Source: the human T2T-CHM13v2.0 reference genome, Homo sapiens. From it: a stretch of 64,000 bases of DNA. A program made the translations under genes and the position numbers. Shown here one piece after another: positions 13,197 through 25,273 of the stretch. The stretch lies in assembly GCF_009914755.1 (NCBI RefSeq), contig NC_060933.1; one strand, 5' to 3'. The stretch's first letter is position 1, and each line of letters begins with the position of its first letter. Below the pieces are notes generated by a model. It was not told the DNA's origin. It made no database searches and worked only from the letters and a program-made list of their open reading frames with translations.

Positions 13197-15745
13197 CATT
13201 CTCAGAAACTTGTTTGTGATGTGTGTATTCAACTAACAGAGATGAACCTTTCTTTTTACAGAGCAGTTTTGAAACACTCTTTTTGTGGAATCTGAAAGTG
13301 GATATTTGGATAGCTTTGAGGATTTCGTTGGAAACGGGATTACATATAAAACCTAGAGAGAAGCATTCTCAGGAACTTCTTTGTGATGTTTGCCTTCAAG
13401 TCACAGGACTGAACATTCCCTTTCATAGAGCAGGTTTGAAACACTCTTTCTGTAGTATCTGCAAGCTGACGTTTCAAGCGCTTTCAGGCCTAAGGTGAGA
13501 AAGGAAATATCTTCAAGTAAAAACTAGACAGAAGCATTCTCAGAAACTTATTTGCCATGTGTGTTCTCAACTAACAGAGTTGAACCTTTGTTTTGATACG
13601 GCATTTTGGAAACACTCTTTTTGTAGAATCTGCAGGTGGATATTCGGATAGCTTTGAAGGTTTCGTTGGAAACGGGAATATCTTCATATAAAATCTAGAC
13701 GGAAGCATTCTCAGAAACTGCTTTGTGATGTTTTCATTCAAGTCACAGAGTAGAATGTTCCCTGTTATATACCAGGTTTGAGACACTCTTTCTGCACTAC
13801 CCGGAAGTGGACGTTTGGAGCGCTTTGAGGCCTATGTTGAAAAAGGAAATATCTTCCCATAAAAACTAGACAGAAGCATTCTCAGAAACTTGTTTGTGAT
13901 GTGTGTATTCAACTAACAGAGATGAACCTTTCTTTTTACAGAGCAGTTTTGAAACACTCTTTTTGTGGAATCTGAAAGTGGATATTTGGATAGCTTTGAG
14001 GATTTCGTTGGAAACGGGATTACATATAAAATCTAGAGAGAAGCATTCTCAGGAACTTCTTTGTGATGTTTGCATTCACGTCACAGAACTGAACATTCCC
14101 TTTCATAGAGCATGTTTGAAACACTCTTTCTGTAGTATCTGCAAACGGACATTTCAAACGCTTTCAGGCCTATGGTGAGAAAGGAAATATCTTCAAGTAA
14201 AAACTAGACAGAAGCATTCTCAGAAACTTATTTGCGATGTGTGTCCTCAACTAACAGAGTTGAACCTTTCTTTTGATACAACATTTTGGAAACACTCTTT
14301 TTGTAGAATCTGCAAGTGGATATTTGAATAGCTTTGAAGGTTTCGTTGGAAACGGGAATATCTTCATATAAAATCAAGACAGAAGCATTCTCAGAAACTT
14401 CTCTGTGATGTTTGCATTCAACTCATAGAGTTGAACACTTCCCTTCATACAGCAGGTTTGAAACACTCTTTTTGTAATATTTGGAAGTGGACATTTGCAG
14501 CGCTTTGAGGCCTATGATGAAAAAGGTAATATCTTCCCATAAAAACTAGACAGAAGCATTCTCAGAAACTTGTTTGTGATGTGTGTATTCAACTAACAGA
14601 GATGAACCTTTCTTTTTACAGAGCAGTTTTGAAACACTCTTTTTGTGGAATCTGAAAGTGGATATTTGGATAGCTTTGCGGATTTCGTTGGAAACGGGAT
14701 TACATATAAAATCTAGGGAGAAGCATTCTCAGGAACTTCTTTGTGATGTTTGCATTCAAGTCACAGAACTGAACATTCCCTTTCATAGAGCAGGTTTGAA
14801 ACACTCTTTCTGTAGTATCTGCAAGCGGACGTTTTAAGCGCTTTCAGGCCTGTGGTGAGAAAGGAAATATCTTCAAATAAAAACTAGACAGAAGCATTCT
14901 CAGAAACTTATTTGCGATGTGTGTCCTCAACTAACAGAGTTGAACCTTTCTTTTGATACAACATTTTGGAAACACTCTTTTTGTAGAATCTGCAAGTGGA
15001 TATTTGGATAGCTTTGAAGGTTTCGTTGGAAACGGGAATATCTTCATATGAAATCAAGACAGAAGCATTCTCAGAAACTTCTCTGTGATGTTTGCATTCA
15101 ACTCATAGAGTTGAACACTTCCCTTCATACAGCAGGTTTGAAACACTCTTTTTCTAATATTTGGAAGTGGACATTTGCAGCGCTTTGAGGCCTATGTTGA
15201 AAAAGGAAATATCTTCTAAAAACCAGACAGAAGCATTCTCAGAAACTTCCTTGTGATGTGTGTACTCAAGTAACAGAGTTGAACCTTCCTTTTGACAGAG
15301 CAGTTTTGAAGCACTCTTTTTGTAGAATCTGCAAGTGGATATTTTGATACCTTTGAGGATTTCGTTGGACACGGGATATCTTCATATAAAATCTAGACAG
15401 AAGCATTCTCAGAAACTTCTTTGTGCTGTATGTCCTCAATTAACAGAGTTGAACCTTTGTGTGGATACAGCATTTTGGAAACATTCCTTTAGTAGAATCT
15501 GCAAGTTGATATTTAGATAGCTAGGAAGATTTCCTTGGAAACGGGAATATCTTCATATAAAATCTAGACGGAAGCATTCTCAGAAAGTGCTTTGTGATGT
15601 TTGCATTCAAGTCACAGAGTTGAATATTCCCTTTTATAGAGCAGGTTTGAAACACTCTTTCTGCACTACCCGGAAGTGGACATTTGGAGCGCTTTGAGGC
15701 CTATGTTGAAAAAGGAAATATCTTCCCATAAAAACTAGACAGAAG
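13197..15745 (+). repeat. HOR U7: 15-mer with 3-bp deletion, 2549 bp
   Basis: Spacing 13223->15772; deletion at ~15217. Confidence 0.9.
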
Positions 15746-18700
15746 CATTCTCAGAAACTTGTTTGTGATGTGTGTATTCAACTAACAGAGATGAACCTTT
15801 CTTTTTACAGAGCAGTTTTGAAACACTCTTTTTGTGGAATCTGAAAGTGGATATTTGGATAGCTTTGAGGATTTCGTTGGAAACGGGATTACATATAAAA
15901 TCTAGAGAGAAGCATTCTCAGGAACTTCTTTGTGATGTTTGCATTCACGTCACAGAACTGAACATTCCCTTTCATAGAGCATGTTTGAAACACTCTTTCT
16001 GTAGTATCTGCAAACGGACATTTCAAACGCTTTCAGGCCTATGGTGAGAAAGGAAATATCTTCAAGTAAAAACTAGACAGAAGCATTCTCAGAAACTTAT
16101 TTGCGATGTGTGTCCTCAACTAACAGAGTTGAACCTTTCTTTTGATACAACATTTTGGAAACACTCTTTTTGTAGAATCAGCAAGTGGATATTTGAATAG
16201 CTTTGAAGGTTTCGTTGGAAACGGGAATATCTTCATATAAAATCAAGACAGAAGCATTCTCAGAAACTTCTCTGTGATGTTTGCATTCAACTCATAGAGT
16301 TGAACACTTCCCTTCATACAGCAGGTTTGAAACACTCTTTTTGTAATATTTGGAAGTGGACATTTGCAGCGCTTTGAGGCCTATGATGAAAAAGGTAATA
16401 TCTTCCCATAAAAACTAGACAGAAGCATTCTCAGAAACTTGTTTGTGATGTGTGTATTCAACTAACAGAGATGAACCTTTCTTTTTACAGAGCAGTTTTG
16501 AAACACTCTTTTTGTGGAATCTGAAAGTGGATATTTGGATAGCTTTGCGGATTTCGTTGGAAACGGGATTACATATAAAATCTAGGGAGAAGCATTCTCA
16601 GGAACTTCTTTGTGATGTTTGCATTCAAGTCACAGAACTGAACATTCCCTTTCATAGAGCAGGTTTGAAACACTCTTTCTGTAGTATCTGCAAGCGGACG
16701 TTTTAAGCGCTTTCAGGCCTGTGGTGAGAAAGGAAATATCTTCAAATAAAAACTAGACAGAAGCATTCTCAGAAACTTATTTGCGATGTGTGTCCTCAAC
16801 TAACAGAGTTGAACCTTTCTTTTGATACAACATTTTGGAAACACTCTTTTTGTAGAATCTGCAAGTGGATATTTGGATAGCTTTGAAGGTTTCGTTGGAA
16901 ACGGGAATATCTTCATATGAAATCAAGACAGAAGCATTCTCAGAAACTTCTCTGTGATGTTTGCATTCAACTCATAGAGTTGAACACTTCCCTTCATACA
17001 GCAGGTTTGAAACACTCTTTTTCTAATATTTGGAAGTGGACATTTGCAGCGCTTTGAGGCCTATGTTGAAAAAGGAAATATCTTCTCCTAAAAACCAGAC
17101 AGAAGCATTCTCAGAAACTTCCTTGTGATGTGTGTACTCAAGTAACAGAGTTGAACCTTCCTTTTGACAGAGCAGTTTTGAAGCACTCTTTTTGTAGAAT
17201 CTGCAAGTGGATATTTTGATACCTTTGAGGATTTCGTTGGACACGGGATATCTTCATATAAAATCTAGACAGAAGCATTCTCAGAAACTTCTTTGTGCTG
17301 TATGTCCTCAATTAACAGAGTTGAACCTTTGTGTGGATACAGCATTTTGGAAACATTCCTTTAGTAGAATCTGCAAGTTGATATTTAGATAGCTAGGAAG
17401 ATTTCCTTGGAAACGGGAATATCTTCATATAAAATCTAGACGGAAGCATTCTCAGAAAGTGCTTTGTGATGTTTGCATTCAAGTCACAGAGTTGAATATT
17501 CCCTTTTATAGAGCAGGTTTGAAACACTCTTTCTGCACTACCCGGAAGTGGACATTTGGAGCGCTTTGAGGCCTATGTTGAAAAAGGAAATATCTTCCCA
17601 TAAAAACTAGACAGAAGCATTCTCAGAAACTTGTTTGTGATGTGTGTATTCAACTAACAGAGATGAACCTTTCTTTTTACAGAGCAGTTTTGAAACACTC
17701 TTTTTGTGGAATCTGAAAGTGGATATTTGGATAGCTTTGAGGATTTCGTTGGAAACGGGATTACATATAAAATCTAGACAGAAGCATTCTCAGGAACTTC
17801 TTTGTGATGTTTGCATTCACGTCACAGAACTGAACATTCCCTTTCATAGAGCATGTTTGAAACACTCTTTCTGTAGTATCTGCAAACGGACATTTCAAAC
17901 GCTTTCAGGCCTATGGTGAGAAAGGAAATATCTTCAAGTAAAAACTAGACAGAAGCATTCTCAGAAACTTATTTGCGATGTGTGTCCTCAACTAACAGAG
18001 TTGAACCTTTCTTTTGATACAACATTTTGGAAACACTCTTTTTGTAGAATCAGCAAGTGGATATTTGAATAGCTTTGAAGGTTTCGTTGGAAACGGGAAT
18101 ATCTTCATATAAAATCAAGACAGAAGCATTCTCAGAAACTTCTCTGTGATGTTTGCATTCAACTCATAGAGTTGAACACTTCCCTTCATACAGCAGGTTT
18201 GAAACACTCTTTTTGTAATATTTGGAAGTGGACATTTGCAGCGCTTTGAGGCCTATGATGAAAAAGGTAATATCTTCCCATAAAAACTAGACAGAAGCAT
18301 TCTCAGAAACTTGTTTGTGATGTGTGTATTCAACTAACAGAGATGAACCTTTCTTTTTACAGAGCAGTTTTGAAACACTCTTTTTGTGGAATCTGAAAGT
18401 GGATATTTGGATAGCTTTGCGGATTTCGTTGGAAACGGGATTACATATAAAATCTAGGGAGAAGCATTCTCAGGAACTTCTTTGTGATGTTTGCATTCAA
18501 GTCACAGAACTGAACATTCCCTTTCATAGAGCAGGTTTGAAATACTCTTTCTGTAGTATCTGCAAGCGGACGTTTTAAGCGCTTTCAGGCCTGTGGTGAG
18601 AAAGGAAATATCTTCAAATAAAAACTAGACAGAAGCATTCTCAGAAACTTATTTGCGATGTGTGTCCTCAACTAACAGAGTTGAACCTTTCTTTTGATAC

Positions 18701-19489
18701 AACATTTTGGAAACACTCTTTTTGTAGAATCTGCAAGTGGATATTTGGATAGCTTTGAAGGTTTCGTTGGAAACGGGAATATCTTCATATGAAATCAAGA
18801 CAGAAGCATTCTCAGAAACTTCTCTGTGATGTTTGCATTCAACTCATAGAGTTGAACACTTCCCTTCATACAGCAGGTTTGAAACACTCTTTTTCTAATA
18901 TTTGGAAGTGGACATTTGCAGCGCTTTGAGGCCTATGTTGAAAAAGGAAATATCTTCTCCTAAAAACCAGACAGAAGCATTCTCAGAAACTTCCTTGTGA
19001 TGTGTGTACTCAAGTAACAGAGTTGAACCTTCCTTTTGACAGAGCAGTTTTGAAGCACTCTTTTTGTAGAATCTGCAAGTGGATATTTTGATACCTTTGA
19101 GGATTTCGTTGGACACGGGATATCTTCATATAAAATCTAGACAGAAGCATTCTCAGAAACTTCTTTGTGCTGTATGTCCTCAATTAACAGAGTTGAACCT
19201 TTGTGTGGATACAGCATTTTGGAAACATTCCTTTAGTAGAATCTGCAAGTTGATATTTAGATAGCTAGGAAGATTTCCTTGGAAACGGGAATATCTTCAT
19301 ATAAAATCTAGACGGAAGCATTCTCAGAAAGTGCTTTGTGATGTTTGCATTCAAGTCACAGAGTTGAATATTCCCTTTTATAGAGCAGGTTTGAAACACT
19401 CTTTCTGCACTACCGGGAAGTGGACATTTGGAGCGCTTTGAGGCCTATGTTGAAAAACGAAATATCTTCCCATAAAAACTAGACAGAAG
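15746..19489 (+). repeat. HORs U8 and U9: two 11-mers B-C-T (boundary 17617/17618)
   Basis: Spacing 15772->17644->19516 (1872 each). Confidence 0.9.
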
Positions 19490-22041
19490 CATTCTCAGAA
19501 ACTTGTTTGTGATGTGTGTATTCAACTAACAGAGATGAACCTTTCTTTTTACAGAGCAGTTTTGAAACACTCTTTTTGTGGAATCTGAAAGTGGATATTT
19601 GGATAGCTTTGAGGATTTCGTTGGAAACGGGATTACATATAAAACCTAGAGAGAAGCATTCTCAGGAACTTCTTTGTGATGTTTGCATTCAAGTCACAGA
19701 ACTGAACATTCCCTTTCATAGAGCAGGTTTGAAACACTCTTTCTGTAGTATCTGCAAGCTGACGTTTCAAGCGCTTTCAGGCCTATGGTGAGAAAGGAAA
19801 TATCTTCAAGTAAAAACTAGACAGAAGCATTCTCAGAAACTTATTTGCCATGTGTGTTCTCAACTAACAGAGTTGAACCTTTGTTTTGATACGGCATTTT
19901 GGAAACACTCTTTTTGTAGAATCTGCAGGTGGATATTCGGATAGCTTTGAAGGTTTCGTTGGAAACGGGAATATCTTCATATAAAATCTAGACGGAAGCA
20001 TTCTCAGAAACTGCTTTGTGATGTTTTCATTCAAGTCACAGAGTAGAATGTTCCCTGTTATATACCAGGTTTGAGACACTCTTTCTGCACTACCCGGAAG
20101 TGGACGTTTGGAGCGCTTTGAGGCGTATGTTGAAAAAGGAAATATCTTCCCATAACAACTAGACAGAAGCATTCTCAGAAACTTGTTTGTGATGTGTGTA
20201 TTCAACTAACAGAGATGAACCTTTCTTTTTACAGAGCAGTTTTGAAACACTCTTTTTGTGGAATCTGAAAGTGGATATTTGGATAGCTTTGAGGATTTCG
20301 TTGGAAACGGGATTACATATAAAATCTAGAGAGAAGCATTCTCAGGAACTTCTTTGTGATGTTTGCATTCACGTCACAGAACTGAACATTCCCTTTCATA
20401 GAGCATGTTTGAAACACTCTTTCTGTAGTATCTGCAAACGGACATTTCAAACGCTTTCAGGCCTATGGTGAGAAAGGAAATATCTTCAAGTAAAAACTAG
20501 ACAGAAGCATTCTCAGAAACTTATTTGCGATGTGTGTCCTCAACTAACAGAGTTGAACCTTTCTTTTGATACAACATTTTGGAAACACTCTTTTTGTAGA
20601 ATCTGCAAGTGGATATTTGAATAGCTTTGAAGGTTTCGTTGGAAACGGGAATATCTTCAAATAAAATCAAGACAGAAGCATTCTCAGAAACTTCTCTGTG
20701 ATGTTTGCATTCAACTCATAGAGTTGAACACTTCCCTTCATACAGCAGGTTTGAAACACTCTTTTTGTAATATTTGGAAGTGGACATTTGCAGCGCTTTG
20801 CGGCCTATGATGAAAAAGGTAATATCTTCCCATAAAAACTAGACAGAAGCATTCTCAGAAACTTGTTTGTGATGTGTGTATTCAACTAACAGAGATGAAC
20901 CTTTCTTTTTACAGAGCAGTTTTGAAACACTCTTTTTGTGGAATCTGAAAGTGGATATTTGGATAGCTTTGCGGATTTCGTTGGAAACGGGATTACATAT
21001 AAAATCTAGGGAGAAGCATTCTCAGGAACTTCTTTGTGATGTTTGCATTCAAGTCACAGAACTGAACATTCCCTTTCATAGAGCAGGTTTGAAACACTCT
21101 TTCTGTAGTATCTGCAAGCGGACGTTTTAAGCGCTTTCAGGCCTGTGGTGAGAAAGGAAATATCTTCAAATAAAAACTAGACAGAAGCATTCTCAGAAAC
21201 TTATTTGCGATGTGTGTCCTCAACTAACAGAGTTGAACCTTTCTTTTGATACAACATTTTGGAAACACTCTTTTTGTAGAATCTGCAAGTGGATATTTGG
21301 ATAGCTTTGAAGGTTTCGTTGGAAACGGGAATATCTTCATATGAAATCAAGACAGAAGCATTCTCAGAAACTTCTCTGTGATGTTTGCATTCAACTCATA
21401 GAGTTGAACACTTCCCTTCATACAGCAGGTTTGAAACACTCTTTTTCTAATATTTGGAAGTGGACATTTGCAGCGCTTTGAGGCCTATGTTGAAAAAGGA
21501 AATATCTTCTCCTAAAAACCAGACAGAAGCATTCTCAGAAACTTCCTTGTGATGTGTGTACTCAAGTAACAGAGTTGAACCTTCCTTTTGACAGAGCAGT
21601 TTTGAAGCACTCTTTTTGTAGAATCTGCAAGTGGATATTTTGATACCTTTGAGGATTTCGTTGGACACGGGATATCTTCATATAAAATCTAGACAGAAGC
21701 ATTCTCAGAAACTTCTTTGTGCTGTATGTCCTCAATTAACAGAGTTGAACCTTTGTGTGGATACAGCATTTTGGAAACATTCCTTTAGTAGAATCTGCAA
21801 GTTGATATTTAGATAGCTAGGAAGATTTCCTTGGAAACGGGAATATCTTCATATAAAATCTAGACGGAAGCATTCTCAGAAAGTGCTTTGTGATGTTTGC
21901 ATTCAAGTCACAGAGTTGAATATTCCCTTTTATAGAGCAGGTTTGAAACACTCTTTCTGCACTACCTGGAAGTGGACATTTGGAGCGCTTTGAGGCCTAT
22001 GTTGAAAAACGAAATATCTTCCCATAAAAACTAGACAGAAG
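19490..22041 (+). repeat. HOR U10: 15-mer, 2552 bp
   Basis: Spacing 19516->22068. Confidence 0.9.
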
Positions 22042-25000
22042 CATTCTCAGAAACTTGTTTGTGATGTGTGTATTCAACTAACAGAGATGAACCTTTCTTT
22101 TTACAGAGCAGTTTTGAAACACTCTTTTTGTGGAATCTGAAAGTGGATATTTGGATAGCTTTGAGGATTTCGTTGGAAACGGGATTACATATAAAACCTA
22201 GAGAGAAGCATTCTCAGGAACTTCTTTGTGATGTTTGCCTTCAAGTCACAGGACTGAACATTCCCTTTCATAGAGCAGGTTTGAAACACTCTTTCTGTAG
22301 TATCTGCAAGCTGACGTTTCAAGCGCTTTCAGGCCTATGGTGAGAAAGGAAATATCTTCAAGTAAAAACTAGACAGAAGCATTCTCAGAAACTTATTTGC
22401 CATGTGTGTTCTCAACTAACAGAGTTGAACCTTTGTTTTGATACGGCATTTTGGAAACACTCTTTTTGTAGAATCTGCAGGTGGATATTCGGATAGCTTT
22501 GAAGGTTTCGTTGGAAACGGGAATATCTTCATATAAAATCTAGACGGAAGCATTCTCAGAAACTGCTTTGTGATGTTTTCATTCAAGTCACAGAGTAGAA
22601 TGTTCCCTGTTATATACCAGGTTTGAGACACTCTTTCTGCACTACCCGGAAGTGGACGTTTGGAGCGCTTTGAGGCCTATGTTGAAAAAGGAAATATCTT
22701 CCCATAAAAACTAGACAGAAGCATTCTCAGAAACTTGTTTGTGATGTGTGTATTCAACTAACAGAGATGAACCTTTCTTTTTACAGAGCAGTTTTGAAAC
22801 ACTCTTTTTGTGGAATCTGAAAGTGGATATTTGGATAGCTTTGAGGATTTCGTTGGAAACGGGATTACATATAAAATCTAGAGAGAAGCATTCTCAGGAA
22901 CTTCTTTGTGATGTTTGCATTCACGTCACAGAACTGAACATTCCCTTTCATAGAGCATGTTTGAAACACTCTTTCTGTAGTATCTGCAAACGGACATTTC
23001 AAACGCTTTCAGGCCTATGGTGAGAAAGGAAATATCTTCAAGTAAAAACTAGACAGAAGCATTCTCAGAAACTTATTTGTGATGTGTGTCCTCAACTAAC
23101 AGAGTTGAACCTTTCTTTTGATACAACATTTTGGAAACACTCTTTTTGTAGAATCTGCAAGTGGATATTTGAATAGCTTTGAAGGTTTCGTTGGAAACGG
23201 GAATATCTTCATATAAAATCAAGACAGAAGCATTCTCAGAAACTTCTCTGTGATGTTTGCATTCAACTCATAGAGTTGAACACTTCCCTTCATACAGCAG
23301 GTTTGAAACACTCTTTTTGTAATATTTGGAAGTGGACATTTGCAGCGCTTTGAGGCCTATGATGAAAAAGGTAATATCTTCCCATAAAAACTAGACAGAA
23401 GCATTCTCAGAAACTTGTTTGTGATGTGTGTATTCAACTAACAGAGATGAACCTTTCTTTTTACAGAGCAGTTTTGAAACACTCTTTTTGTGGAATCTGA
23501 AAGTGGATATTTGGATAGCTTTGAGGATTTCGTTGGAAACGGGATTACATATAAAATCTAGGGAGAAGCACTCTCAGGAACTTCTTTGTGATGTTTGCAT
23601 TCAAGTCACAGAACTGAACATTCCCTTTCATAGAGCATGTTTGAAACACTCTTTCTGTAGTATCTGCAAACGGACATTTCAAACGCTTTCAGGCCTATGG
23701 TGAGAAAGGAAATATCTTCAAGTAAAAACTAGACAGAAGCATTCTCAGAAACTTATTTGCGATGTGTGTCCTCAACTAACAGAGTTGAACCTTTCTTTTG
23801 ATACAACATTTTGGAAACACTCTTTTTGTAGAATCTGCAAGTGGATATTTGAGTAGCTTTGAAGGTTTCGTTGGAAACGGGAATATCTTCAAATAAAATC
23901 AAGACAGAAGCATTCTCAGAAACTTCTCTGTGATGTTTGCATTCAACTCATAGAGTTGAACACTTCCCTTCATACAGCAGGTTTGAAACACTCTTTTTGT
24001 AATATTTGGAAGTGGACATTTGCAGCGCTTTGAGGCCTATGATGAAAAAGGTAATATCTTCCCATAAAAACTAGACAGAAGCATTCTCAGAAACTTGTTT
24101 GTGATGTGTGTATTCAACTAACAGAGATGAACCTTTCTTTTTACAGAGCAGTTTTGAAACACTCTTTTTGTGGAATCTGAAAGTGGATATTTGGATAGCT
24201 TTGCGGATTTCGTTGGAAACGGGATTACATATAAAATCTAGGGAGAAGCATTCTCAGGAACTTCTTTGTGATGTTTGCATTCAAGTCACAGAACTGAACA
24301 TTCCCTTTCATAGAGCAGGTTTGAAACACTCTTTCTGTAGTATCTGCAAGCGGACGTTTTAAGCGCTTTCAGGCCTGTGGTGAGAAAGGAAATATCTTCA
24401 AATAAAAACTAGACAGAAGCATTCTCAGAAACTTATTTGCGATGTGTGTCCTCAACTAACAGAGTTGAACCTTTCTTTTGATACAACATTTTGGAAACAC
24501 TCTTTTTGTAGAATCTGCAAGTGGATATTTGGATAGCTTTGAAGGTTTCGTTGGAAACGGGAATATCTTCATATGAAATCAAGACAGAAGCATTCTCAGA
24601 AACTTCTCTGTGATGTTTGCATTCAACTCATAGAGTTGAACACTTCCCTTCATACAGCAGGTTTGAAACACTCTTTTTCTAATATTTGGAAGTGGACATT
24701 TGCAGCGCTTTGAGGCCTATGTTGAAAAAGGAAATATCTTCTCCTAAAAACCAGACAGAAGCATTCTCAGAAACTTCCTTGTGATGTGTGTACTCAAGTA
24801 ACAGAGTTGAACCTTCCTTTTGACAGAGCAGTTTTGAAGCACTCTTTTTGTAGAATCTGCAAGTGGATATTTTGATACCTTTGAGGATTTCGTTGGACAC
24901 GGGATATCTTCATATAAAATCTAGACAGAAGCATTCTCAGAAACTTCTTTGTGCTGTATGTCCTCAATTAACAGAGTTGAACCTTTGTGTGGATACAGCA

Positions 25001-25273
25001 TTTTGGAAACATTCCTTTAGTAGAATCTGCAAGTTGATATTTAGATAGCTAGGAAGATTTCCTTGGAAACGGGAATATCTTCATATAAAATCTAGACGGA
25101 AGCATTCTCAGAAAGTGCTTTGTGATGTTTGCATTCAAGTCACAGAGTTGAATATTCCCTTTTATAGAGCAGGTTTGAAACACTCTTTCTGCACTACCTG
25201 GAAGTGGACATTTGGAGCGCTTTGAGGCCTATGTTGAAAAACGAAATATCTTCCCATAAAAACTAGACAGAAG
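22042..25273 (+). repeat. HOR U11: 19-mer A-B-(B/C mosaic)-C-T, 3232 bp
   Basis: Four tetramer markers at 22068, 22748, 23428, 24108 before the trimer. Confidence 0.9.

Noticed and set aside
19864-20205. Longer 113-aa minus-strand ORF (also 42152-42493)
   Set aside because: Caused by one C>G change (20125, 42413) that removes a stop codon. Useful as a lineage marker only.
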